Below, piece by piece: positions 25,478 to 36,891 of a DNA stretch of 64,000 nucleotides. The first letter of the stretch is position 1, and each line of letters opens with the position of its first letter. This stretch comes from Marsupella aquatica (Eukaryota; Plantae; Marchantiophyta), in assembly GCA_973895155.1 (NCBI GenBank), contig OZ316895.1, positions 12,407,929 to 12,471,928 on the forward strand. The letters run 5' to 3'. Under the pieces are notes generated by a model. It was not told the origin of the DNA, searched no databases, and worked only from the letters and a program-made list of their open reading frames with translations. The position numbers and the translations under genes were made by a program.

Positions 25478-26567
25478 ATGGGCAAGTCAATCAGGTCGAA
25501 GAGGAAGAAAAGGTTGCGGACGATCAAGCGCGAAATTGTAATTCCACACTATGATGTTAAGGAGCAAGCGAAAATGGTCGTTCAGGAGGCCGCTCTCGCC
25601 GCTCCGAAGATCGAGCTACCGACTAGGCGGCAAGGTGCGTCGTGTTAATTTCTCCTCTCCGCAAGGGTCTCATGCCTTTGTGCCCTTTCGTTGTCTCACT
25701 GTCTGTATGATGCGGTTTTAAAGTTATTAGATCTTAGCAGAGTTGGACTGTTTTGTCGTCCTTCCGCAATCTCCTGATTTCATTCTAGGGTTTCTGTCCG
25801 TATAGATGTTTTGTTACTGCTGTCTGTCTTTGCCCTTAAGTTGGCCTTGCGAATCGAGGTTTTGCGTTCGTGGAGGCCGAGCACATTGCAACCCCGGGCT
25901 GCTCTGATCTAACGATGATGAGATGGCCCTATGCTTGTGCAATATCTAGTCCTACCTGTGTTACATGCCTCGGCTATCACCCCTGCCTGGTATGCGTCAA
26001 GAGTGTAGGTAAATGCCGTCATTACGCCATAAATTTGTGGGCACTGAAGTCATTGTCTGGACTCAGAACAAGTTGTGAAGTGGTGGATAGTTCGAGTACT
26101 TGTTTGGATGTGCTGCCTGTGGCCTGCTGTCTAGAGTGTGTTGTCTGAGGTGGGTGGTTTTGTTCTAGAGGTGTCAAACCATGCTCTCTAATAGCATCCG
26201 GGTTAAATTTGAAGACTGTCAAGGGCACGAGCTCTTCGGGGTGAACGATAATTAATTTCACAAACAGATTAGGGATTTGTTCTCCCGGTGTCTCTTAAGT
26301 TAGAATGTGGCACGAAGTAGTCAGCGACTATTCGCACTGCTTACTAATCTCAGCGTTGGTGTGGCTGCGTTCTCTCCTTCAGAATCAGAAGATAATTCTC
26401 ATCGGGGAAGGGCTGGAGCGACAGCTGTGATGCCCATGACCATCGAGAATGAGGAGTCCAAGAGTTTGACGGACTCCAAGCTCAAGCCGACTCGAGTCAT
26501 TGGAAAGAGGGGCAAGAGCAGAAAGCGGGATCTTTCCAGTAAGCGGAAGAAGAGTGTTAAGTTCTGA
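25478..26567 (+). CDS. LLPH: LLP homolog / learning-associated protein 18-like, 113 aa; exons 25478-25634 and 26383-26567
   Basis: Signature N-terminus MGKSIRSKRKKRLRTIKRE; G|gtgcgt donor and ttcag|AA acceptor are in phase; basic C-terminus; telo-box motifs upstream. Confidence 0.85.
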
Positions 26568-27559
26568 ACGGTTTGACAGCAGAGAGCCTACATGACAGCA
26601 GCCAGTATTAGAAGGAAGTAGCAGCCAAATGACTCGCTTCGTTAACGACGGTCTTCCCGGCAACAAGTCAGAAGTTCTTATTGATCATGAGGTACCGAGC
26701 CGAGGGATGTAATCTCACCCGAGAGCTGAGGAACGTTGCAGGGCTCCTTTCATTGTTTCTCTTTTTTCGGAGGGCGATCTTTTGGATTATGGACTAAGTT
26801 GTTGGGAAAACAATGTACAGTGCCTTCATGGCTGTTGCGAGAATGGCGAAGATGGTTTGGGTACCTGAAAATATTGGGAACCTCAACCCGACGCTAATTG
26901 TATCATATTCCCAGTTTTGACCGCATGTAGTGTTAGACATCTCTATTAGTGACGGGAAGCGGAGGTATTGGACCCACACTTGACTAGTATTCCCACTTCC
27001 CATACGACCAAGTAATTGAAAGAACAGGAGTGTTGCATCTTGATGCAGAACTAGGAAGGAGTGGGCCCTAAATTCAGGCCACCTTTGAAGTAGTCATTAG
27101 GTTACTCCAGTATATTGTAGTGGAGGTTTGTGAGGAGAAGAGTCGATATTATGCGCATCGAGTGCATCAAGGTCTTTTAATGTTTCTCGTCTACCACAAT
27201 TGCAATTGTATTCGACCTCAAATGTTCTTCAGCTGCTCGCAGGACGTCAATGACCTCCTATCTAATGTCTCCTGTCTTTGAAATGTTACTGCATCATGTA
27301 TGTCTGTGAGTACCGACTACATTGTGAGATGTTGAAACACGAAATGCGAGAGTTCCATACCATACGACTTGATGGGCGGCCTCCTTGCCTAGTATTGATG
27401 TTAGCCGATCTGGAAATTGTCAAACGCATAAGACGAATCACAATTTTCCTACAAAGAAGAGGATGTGGTGGAAGCCTACTGTCACAGTGGATGCCAATAC
27501 TCCCAACCCACCACCAACGTTTCCACCTTCGACGTGAGACATTTGGCCACCCACTGGGC

Positions 27560-27935
27560 CCCTCCCCTTTTTACTCACAGAATGAAACTGTGCCAACTCC
27601 CACACCAAACTTTATTCCTCTCTTTGGCAGCCATGAGAGCGTTTTACTGACAGAATGAAACTCTGCTAACTCCCACACCAAACTATATTCTGTCTTTGGC
27701 AGCCATGAGAGCGTCTCAAACATGCTTGTTTTTTCTGTTGGTTAACGAGTGCTGACAATTCTTGGAGGGCACCTATGGATATGTGTGAAGTATTTGGGTG
27801 CTGACTAGTTTGTTGGCTAACTGAGTTGCTTGTTTTTTCTGTTGGTTAATGAGTGCTGACAATTCTTGAAGGGCACCTATGGATATGTGTGAAGTATTTG
27901 GGTGCTGACTGGTTTGTTGGCTGACTGAGTTGTTG
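27560..27935. repeat. Two adjacent tandem duplications (~75 bp and ~103 bp units)
   Basis: acagaatgaaact...ggcagccatgagagcgt x2; gcttgttttttctgttggttaa...ctgact(a/g)gtttgttggct x2. Confidence 0.8.
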
Positions 27936-28061
27936 ACGGTCTCGTTTTGTGTGAACCCTAGGTAGATTTTTGGTCCGTAACCCAACCTGCAACATTTCGG
28001 TCACTGGAAGCCATTAGGAAAGAGCTGGAGCCATTAGGAAAGAGCTGGTTTGAGACACCTT
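27708..28061. mobile_element. Possible Tourist-like MITE related to the adjacent Harbinger element
   Basis: Ends agagcgtctcaaac (27708) / gtttgagacacctt (28061) resemble the AGGGCGTCTCAAA TIR of the neighbouring element. Confidence 0.45.
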
Positions 28062-30089
28062 ATTAGGGCGTCTCAAATATGAGATTTTGCGGGCGCGGTC
28101 AGCAGCCGTAACATGTAAGTTACGGCTTAAGAGTGAGAAAGTTATGGACTGCCATTTTTGGCAGTCGATAACTTTGTTATGAACGGCGACGGTAACCCGG
28201 CACCGTAGAGCACAGGTCCGTAACGGCTTGACGGTCCCGTCTGAAGAACAGGGTCGGGCTGAACTGGGAATCTGCAGGGATGGGAGAGCATTTGCTGGGA
28301 GACTCGCGGATTGCAGAGTGACGAGCATTGCACAAGGACGACAAGCATTGCAGACGACGATGAGGGCGACGAGGCGACGACGAGCATTGCACAAGAGGAC
28401 ATCACACCTTTGTGCGTGGACAAGACGAGGCTGAACGTGCTAGGAGACAACAAGGGGACGACAACTTTGCAGCTGATTGTCGCAAACCTCCACTCAGGCA
28501 GGAACCAGAGCAGCTTGGTCCCATTTCCGCAGTGTGTTGCCGCATAGGAATCCACTTGAATTAAGGGCAAGGTCTTGGGTCTGTCTCAACTCCCTCGTCA
28601 AGAGCTAACCCCTAATTTCTGCCAGGTGTGTTGTTTTTCCAGGAGCCATGGATGACTGGACGTCACTTGCATTTGTGGAGGAGAACAGGATTGCTGGAAA
28701 TTCTCACTTTTTCGCCAGCACTCGTTTTCCCAGGAAATTTTGTTGCCAGGAATCCCTTCCCTAGGAAATTTACATATTCTTCATGCCGTGCATGTTTGAA
28801 GTCCGTAGAGTTTGGTCAAAAATGTCACCATACTGTGCCTGCACAAATATCATTTTGGTTTCAACTAATTTTGTATGATGCATTCCATGGTGGGGTGTGT
28901 CCTGTGCGTGCCCAGATGTGGGACACAGCTTCTACCTTTCTAGGTGTCGTATGCTATCAAAAGCAAATATTATCGAATATATGCTAAAAACTCGGTGTTC
29001 GTTCCCGTGGAAGAACAAGAATGGGATGAAAAGATGTTTTAAAGTGTTTTGAGTGGTTTAAAGATGGTACTCAACATCTATAAGAAAAATAGAATCTTAA
29101 ACAAAACACAATGAATTAATAAAATAAGAATAAAGTGACATTTGTTGGATAACAGAATCTTAGAGCTTTTAGAGGAATAGTTTAACAATATTTAACTCCG
29201 TCACCATGTCTTAAGAAAGAGCTATGACATTATTTGAGACGTTGATAAATCAAATATAACCTTGCTATAACTGCTCTCTAGGTTTCTACCATAAATCTAT
29301 GTTTAAGAAGTGTCTATGTTCACAAAACCCAAGATAAGTTTCGGATTGTGTGTATAGAAGTGTGTCATTAAAATACCGGCAACATGTTTTCTTCTTCAGC
29401 GATGCGCAATTCCAAAGGAAAACTAATGCACATTCAGTATACCACAATGATACTTCAAATCTGTGAATTAAGAATGTCGCTACTTCTTAATCATATAGAT
29501 TTCTATTCCTTGATTTCATGCAATACTTATCTTCCAAAGATAAGTCCTTCATGTAAATATAGAAATGGACAACAAATGTTGTAGTTTGGATTAGGCACCG
29601 ACCAATGGATCTTCTAATATATTCTACAAACTATATTTTTATGGGTTTTATTTCTTACGGCAATTGCAACATGCGTTACCATACGAAGGAGGGGTAGACT
29701 CCTAGCACAAGTAATCAAATTCCAAGATATGCAAATCTTCCTTGAAAAATTGCATTACACGTACAAGGAACAAAACTCCAAGATGAGGAGATGCAAATAA
29801 CTATCCACACTGTCTCAAAATGAGACTGGTATCACAATAAGTACATGAGATCGTCCACGGGCTAAGGAGAATGAAGAGATATGCCTCTTCATTTCCTAAG
29901 TCTAAACTAAGTAAAATAAAAGTCAACTTTGACTAAGGGATAGTCAAATAGTCAAAGCTAAGTAAAAGTCTACAAAATAAAATATTAATCTCATACTATA
30001 ATAGGAGGAGGGTCGACTACAAGTAGAGGGAGGCGAGCTACATAACCAAGGGCTATCTTCCCTTTGGTCCTCTGTTCCTTCAAATACTG

Positions 30090-31856
30090 TCAACGGAAAA
30101 GGTCCTCACGGTAACGAATCAAACGGGGCTCACTGGTCTTCCGGATGGGATGTCCATCCGGTCCGATCCAAACAAAGTAATCTGATGGCCATGGAATGTC
30201 TGGAGCTGGAAGAGGAAAATGTGCTATGACCTTTCTACAATGATAAACCCAACTCCAAAGGTCAGGAGTCTCAATCGTGGGTAATCTCAGCTTGTCTATA
30301 GGTAGCCATAGAATACCAGGAGAAATCGGAACCATGTCGTAGGTGTGTGGAAAAGGGAAAGACTCACGACCAAACATAAGTGGAGGTAAAGGAGGTGCAA
30401 GGGGAGTGCGTGCGTCGATGAGTGACGTAATCATCCTATCAAACTGGGCGGGAAAGACAAAAAGAGGCTCAATGTCGGCAACAGAAGAGACAATAGGAGG
30501 CTGAGACATCAAAGGAGTAGGAGCTATAAATGGTACACTGGGAGGCTCTATAGTCTCAGGCTCAGGCTCAGTCTCGGGAATAGGCTCATGAATAGGTTCA
30601 TCTCCTTCAATGGTAGGAGAGGGAAATGAATCATCAAGGGGTGATAGGGTGGTATCCTCAATAGAGGAAAATGGATCTGGAGGGGGTATTGGTGAAGGGG
30701 GTAAAGGCTCAGGGGTAGGAGATGGAGGGTGCTCAGGTGAAAATGTAGGAGGGATAGGGGAATTGAGAATAGGGGAAAGAATGGGATCAGGTAGAGGGAG
30801 TGTAGGTGAGGATGGAGGAGGGAGTGAAGGATCAGCAATAGGTAGCTCCGGCTCATCCACATCCATAGGGTGATCAGGCTATGGTGAAGGTGCAAGGGGT
30901 GAAACATGAGGGGGTGGGACGGTATGAGACTCGGAAAGCAAAGCACGAATACAGTCAAGTAACTGTAGAGGGGTACAACTCAAGAGTCTAGTGGCCTCAT
31001 CTACCAAATGCTGGTTGAAACCAGCCACACTAGCTAGTCGCTCAGCATCACCAACAAAAACAGTCCATGACGGGTAAGAAGTGGAAGCAACAAAAGAGGG
31101 TGAAGTCATCCCTGGTAAATCTGGTGCTGTCGTCTGCTCCACTGGAGGGGGTCTCGGAGATGTCATCGGTGGTGGAGTCAACTCTCTCGCTAACTCTGGC
31201 TGAAGTAGCTCAAAGTGTCTTGCTCTCCTCCTCCAATCACTCAGCTCCACTGGTAACAAGCAGCCTCTCGAAAAGTAAATGTGCGCCAAGTAGGGTGTCA
31301 GATAGGTATCACCGGTAGTAGACAAGACAACCACCTACTTGGCGATCACCTCCGAAAGAGCTAAGGCCCAGTTGATCCTCCTCTTGCCAGTCCATGATAT
31401 GATGATAGAGCTGGTCAAGTAAACCATAGCCCTGGTGGGTTTGGTCGGATGAAAGATAGGTACAAGGAATCGGAGTAGATGAGCTAACTCCCGATTCCTG
31501 CACTGATCAATCTTCCAACCATACCTCCGGTCCCTGATACCTCTAAAGTAGGGAACAGTCAAGTCCTCTCCAACAGAGATAAGTCTCTCTCCCTCCTTGC
31601 TCAACTGGTACACCTCAAAAACAACGGCGGTGGTACACACATCAGTTGAACCTCTAGTAGAACTCCAAAAAGTGCCAGCTCGGGGTGGACGAAGAAAATC
31701 GGCAATGATGGACCCATGCACCATATCCCAAGGAAGAAAAAGTAAGGAACTCAAGCCCATCTCTACCAGGTTACTAAGGAGTCTAAAGTAAGCCTTAGGA
31801 CCTGGGGGTAAGGTCACCCTGATGGCCTTACTAATTGGTAAGCTTCTGGTGGCCAT
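30090..31856 (-). pseudogene. Retrotransposon accessory ORF (~590 codons, two in-frame TAG stops) with Pro-rich C-terminal half
   Basis: Three listed ORFs share one frame; motifs GLSSLLFLPW, YGWKIDQC, LRFLVPIFHPTKPTR, INWA, YLTPYLAHIY resemble accessory proteins of bryophyte gypsy elements. Confidence 0.7.
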
Positions 31857-32214
31857 AGCTCAGAAAATCTGAGAAGGCTCTAGAGCTCTCCTCCTAAAAA
31901 CGGTTAAGCATTGAGGCTCAAGAATGAAATCTCAGGGATCTAAGGTAGCTGCGCTACTGTGGGAGAAGGAATGAACTGAAAAGAGATAGAAATGAAGGAG
32001 CTCTGATCAAGCGGGAGAAGGAATGAACTGAAAAGAGATAGAAATGGAGGAGCTCTGATCAAGCGAAGCTCTCGAAATTGCAATTTCTTCATTTCCAAGA
32101 AATCAGAGAGCATCGATGACCCAATACTTCTTAACATCTCATTAATGGCAGTTCAGAATCGGGGTGAACATTCTCTAGGCAGCTGCGCTGCTATAGCAAT
32201 TGAAACGAGCTCAA

Positions 32215-35200
32215 AGTGGTTGGCGGGATTGGCCGCAAATCATAAGCTCTTGCCGGTCAAGGTCTTGCCGCCAGGTACTACCCCAGGAGGAGTTCAAATC
32301 AACCACATCGAACTCGGATGGCAAGTGGATGCTGAGGCAGAATTTGGACCATCTGATGATGAGACTGAGGCCCTATCAACATTTTCAGAAGAGGATATGG
32401 ATCGTGATTGCTACCGGGTCTCTACTCGATCAACCAGAAGGAAGGAAAGGTGGGATGGGCTGGCCAAAAATAAAGGGAAGGTTCAGGAAGAAAAGATCGA
32501 CTCTTCGTCAACATCAACAGAAGGAGAAGGAAGGGCACCATCAACACAGGTAAGCCATGAGCCCACCAGTGAGCCCAATCCTTCACAGGACAGTGACTTC
32601 AATCGAGACCACCCTAAGTTGTTCTACCCATCTATCACGGCTAGTGTTAAGGAACAACTGCGAGAATTAGAAACCCTGGAGAATACTGAAGCCATAGCCA
32701 AGGATATGAAACGAGCAAAAGCATTGTTTGCTTCGGAAGATCCAACGGCTGTGGGGACTAGCATGAAAAAATAGGCCGAATCCAAGATGGAGATAGCACT
32801 GGAGAAGCCGATAGTTCCCTATGACCTGGCTAAAGATGTACTAGTAAGAATCTAGAGTCTCGGCAACAGTAGGTCAACTATTGAAAAATAGCCCATACTT
32901 CCGGAAGCAGTTAAGAAAGGCGATCCTCGGCAAGCCAAGATTACCCAAGGTAGCGACCAGATCCGACGTACTAATGATAGAAGAAGATCAAGGAGCCCCA
33001 GCATTACCATTAATGATTCAAGGAGAAATATTACTACGGGTACCCATCGATGGAGGATTAGGGGTATGTATTATGATTGATTCAACAGCAAAGGGGTGGG
33101 GTCTAATACCGGAAATGACTGGAAGAGTGTTGAACATGGCCAATGGGTATCAGGTCATTCCCACGGGAGTGTTAACCGGCATCAAGACAGAGATAGGAGG
33201 TATCTTCTTTAGCATTAACTATGTAGTAATGAAGCCGGTAAATCCTACGTCATTCCGGCTATTGATTGGTAGGCCGTGGCTATACCTAGCCAAGGTAATA
33301 GAGGATTGGGGTAAGAAGGAGTTCACTTTTGAGACCCCCTCTATCACGGTATTTGGGATACCAAGGATGACCGCAGAAGAAACATCAGGGAGGTAGACGG
33401 GTACGACAGTGGACTGGAATCAGCCGATGAGGTACGATGGTTAGAATGTCTCGCTGACCAAACCGAAGAAAGTGTCTTTGGACCAGAGGTATCCCCCAGC
33501 GGACTATGGCAAGAACCTATGGAGAGTGACTTGGAGGATTGTGAAGACGAAGCCGAGGACTGCTTTGCCACAGAGTCCACCTTTTTAGCTGCAATTCCGG
33601 AGGAAGCACAAGAAGTAAGCCAGTTGGATGAAACGGCTAAGAGGGGAGCTATACCCGTGATGGTGGATTTTCCTCAGGCGTTGTGGCAGAGCCGACAGGA
33701 TCCACAACGCCGTCTATCATCGGCAAGCAATTAAATACCAAGGGATCGGCATAGAAGCCGATTACGAGGGCAGAACAAATTGAGGCCCTATTAGAAGCCG
33801 AGAGAGCACAGCGGCCTGACCCTCAGGAGGAAGAGATGCACAGACACAATCCAGAGCCGAGGCAGGAAGGGAAGCCGACTACCAATTCAAAACCGAATAG
33901 ACCGGCAAGGGGACAATTTGTGGGCACCAAGGGAGAAACCGACTCGGCTAGTACAGCCGAGATTCCAGTTTATGGAGGTATGAGACTGGAAAGGCTGGAA
34001 GCCGAGCTGGACCTGAATTTGAAGAAGCAGATTAATATGATCCAAGCACGGCAATACCGGAAGCTCGACTTAGGAGAAGGAAGGGTACTAAACTTAGGGA
34101 GGGACCTAGCATCTGAGCTTGAAAAAGAGATCAGTGACTTACTGATTGAATTTCAGGATGTGTTCGCATGGAGTCACCAAGATCTAAAGGGAGTAGACCC
34201 AACATTAGGGGAACATCGAATTGATCTCATGTTAGGAGCCAAATCATTCAGACAACCAATTCGAAGGATGAATCCTAAGTATTCCCTGATGGTCAAAACA
34301 GAAATCAACAAATTAGTGGAAGCCGGATTCATCACTCCAGTCCTGCATTCAGACTGGGTGTCTCCAATTGTGATAGTTCCCAAGAAAGCTAGACCCAATG
34401 GTAAACCCAAGATCCGGGTTTGTCAGGATTACAGGAAGCTAAATGAAGCGACGTTAAAAGACCATTTTCCTTTACCCTTTACTGATATGGTACTAGACAT
34501 GGTAGCCAGTCATGAACTATATTCATTCATGGATGGGTACTCTGGTTATAACCAAATCAGGATTAGGCAGGAGGACCAAATCAAGACGGCCTTCATCACG
34601 GAATGGGGGATCTATGTCTTCAATCGTATGCCGTTTGGACTTTGTAACGCACCAGCTATGTTTCAACGATTGATGGTGAACATTTTCCATGATTACTTGA
34701 GAAAGTTCATGGAAATCTTCATTGATGACTTTGCAGTATTCGGGAAAGCATTGAAACATGCTAAATACCTAAGGAAGACCTTCATGAGATGCAGAGAGGT
34801 AGGTCTCAAGTTACATCCAGATAAATGTTTCTTTGGGGTAACAGAAGGTGTGCTACTAGGTCACAAGGTATCAAAGAAGGGCATCGAGATTGACAAAGGT
34901 AAGCTAGCAGTATGGCTTTACATCATGCAACCTAAGAACATAAAGGATGTAAGATCCTTCTTGGGTTGCATTGGGTATTATCGCCGGTTTATTAAAGATT
35001 TTGCCAAACTAGCTTTACCATTAACCAACATGCTCAAGGTAGGCGCAGACTTTGAACCCACACCAGAAAGAGTAACAGCGGTGGTGGAATTAAAGCAAAA
35101 GTTAGTGGAAGCCCCAGTCATGATAGCACCAGACTGGAACAAGGAATTTCATGTCTTTGTAGATGTCTCAGGCTTCTGTATCGGCTCAGTACTAAGTCAA

Positions 35201-36891
35201 TTGGATGAGAAAGGGAGGGACCATCCCATATACTTTACAAGCCGTCAGCTTGCCGATGCCGAACGGAACTACTCCACCACAGAAAGAGAAGCATTAGGAG
35301 TCATTTATTCATGTAAAAAGTTTAGGCATTATTTGCTAGGGTACAAGGTAATCTTTCATACCGATCATGAAAGTTTGAAGTACCTAGTAAATAAGTCGGA
35401 CCTTACAGGCAGGGTAGCAAGATGGATTTTGCTATTACAGGAGTTTGACTACGAGCTAAAGATCAAACCGGGGAAGCTACACGCCAATGCCGACTTCTTT
35501 TCAAGGATCACAGGTGAACCTGCCACGGATTGCATCGATGATCAATTCCCGGACGAGAAGCTATTCGTTGTGGAAATAGCTGATACATGGTACCCGGAGA
35601 TTTTGCAATTTCTCAGCACGTCCAGATTACAGCCAGGGCTAACCCGAGAACAAGCCGCAGTCTTTCTGCGGAAGGTCAGACAGTATCAGTACATTAAGGG
35701 TGTACTACACAGGTATGGAATCAGCGGCAGTATTCAAAGGTGTTTAGAAAAGGGAGAGGTAAAACGAGTCTTACGGGCTATGCATGGAGAAGAGGCCGGA
35801 GGACATTTTTCTCCAGTAACCACGTCTAAAAAGATATTAAATGCCGGTTACTGGTGGCCCACCTTGCACAAGGATGTCTATCAGTTCATCAAACAATGTG
35901 ATCCTTGTCAGCGAGCAGGAGGACCAAGGGCGTCTACAAGACATCCACTGCACCCTATTCTACCTCTGGCACCATTTGAGAAGTGGGGTATTGATTACAT
36001 TGGACCGCTGAAACCATTAACCCATCCTCGGAGAAACATAATCCTGGCCACGGATTATGCCACTAAGTGGGTGGAGGCCAGACCGACAACGAAGGATGAT
36101 GCAATTACTACAACTCGATTTCTGTATGAGCAGATCTTCACCAGGTATGGAGCACCCCTAGAATTAGTTAGTGCTAGAGGAACCCATTTTATGAATGATA
36201 TAATTAGTTGTTTAAATGAGCAGTATTTAGTTAGACATAGGCCTACTACTCCTTACCACCCAAAGGCAAATGGATTGACAGAACGAGCCAATGGGATTAT
36301 AGGAAAGATATTAAACAAGACAGTAGCTCAGAACAAACTCGATTGGGATGATAATTGTTTGCTGTTGTTTTTGCTTACAATTTAGCCTATAAATCCACCA
36401 CCGGACATACACCCTTTTTCTTAACCTTTGGACAAGAAGCTCTGGTACCCATGCAACTTGAGATACCGACATTTCAAGTTACAATTGAGGAAAGAGTCTC
36501 AGAGGAGGAAAGCCTGAAAGAGCGAGAATATAGATTAGAAGCTTTAGAGGAGGCAAGAATGATTTCAGCCGAGAGAGTAGAATATAGACAGAATATCATG
36601 AAGCAGCAGTATGATAAAAAGTTGAAAGTAGTTAGTATTCACACAGGAGATCTTGTATTACTTTATGACAGTAGGTATAGTAGGTTTCCAGGGAAGCTTT
36701 ACACTCGCTGGTTAGGACCTTTCAGGGTATCAAAGAAGTTCCCCAATGGCTCTGTGCAATTGGCCAACATTACTGGAGAGGTGTACCCAGTTCGTATTCA
36801 CTACGACCCCCTCAAGAAATACTATATGGACGAAGATGAAGTTGTTCGCGAGGACGCTTCACAATTAAGTGGGGAGCTATGTGATGCCTAG
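32215..36891 (+). pseudogene. pol: gypsy pol: protease, reverse transcriptase, RNase H, integrase; disrupted by stops and frameshifts
   Basis: PR IDGGLGVCIM; RT DYRKLN, MDGYSGYNQI, MPFGLCNAP, FIDD; RH DVSGF, EREALG, TDH; INT HHCC, WGIDYIG, SARG (catalytic D changed to A), ERAN, WLGPF; frameshift near 36355. Confidence 0.95.
36867..36876 (+). other. Polypurine tract
   Basis: aagtggggag followed by 3 nt and then TGTGATGC, at the very end of pol. Confidence 0.75.

Noticed and set aside
32145-32215. ATG 32145 as the true gag start
   Set aside because: No capsid or zinc-knuckle motifs; the first ~70 bp resemble the neighbouring opposite-strand element (agctgcgct motif), so the ORF is probably a deletion-junction chimera
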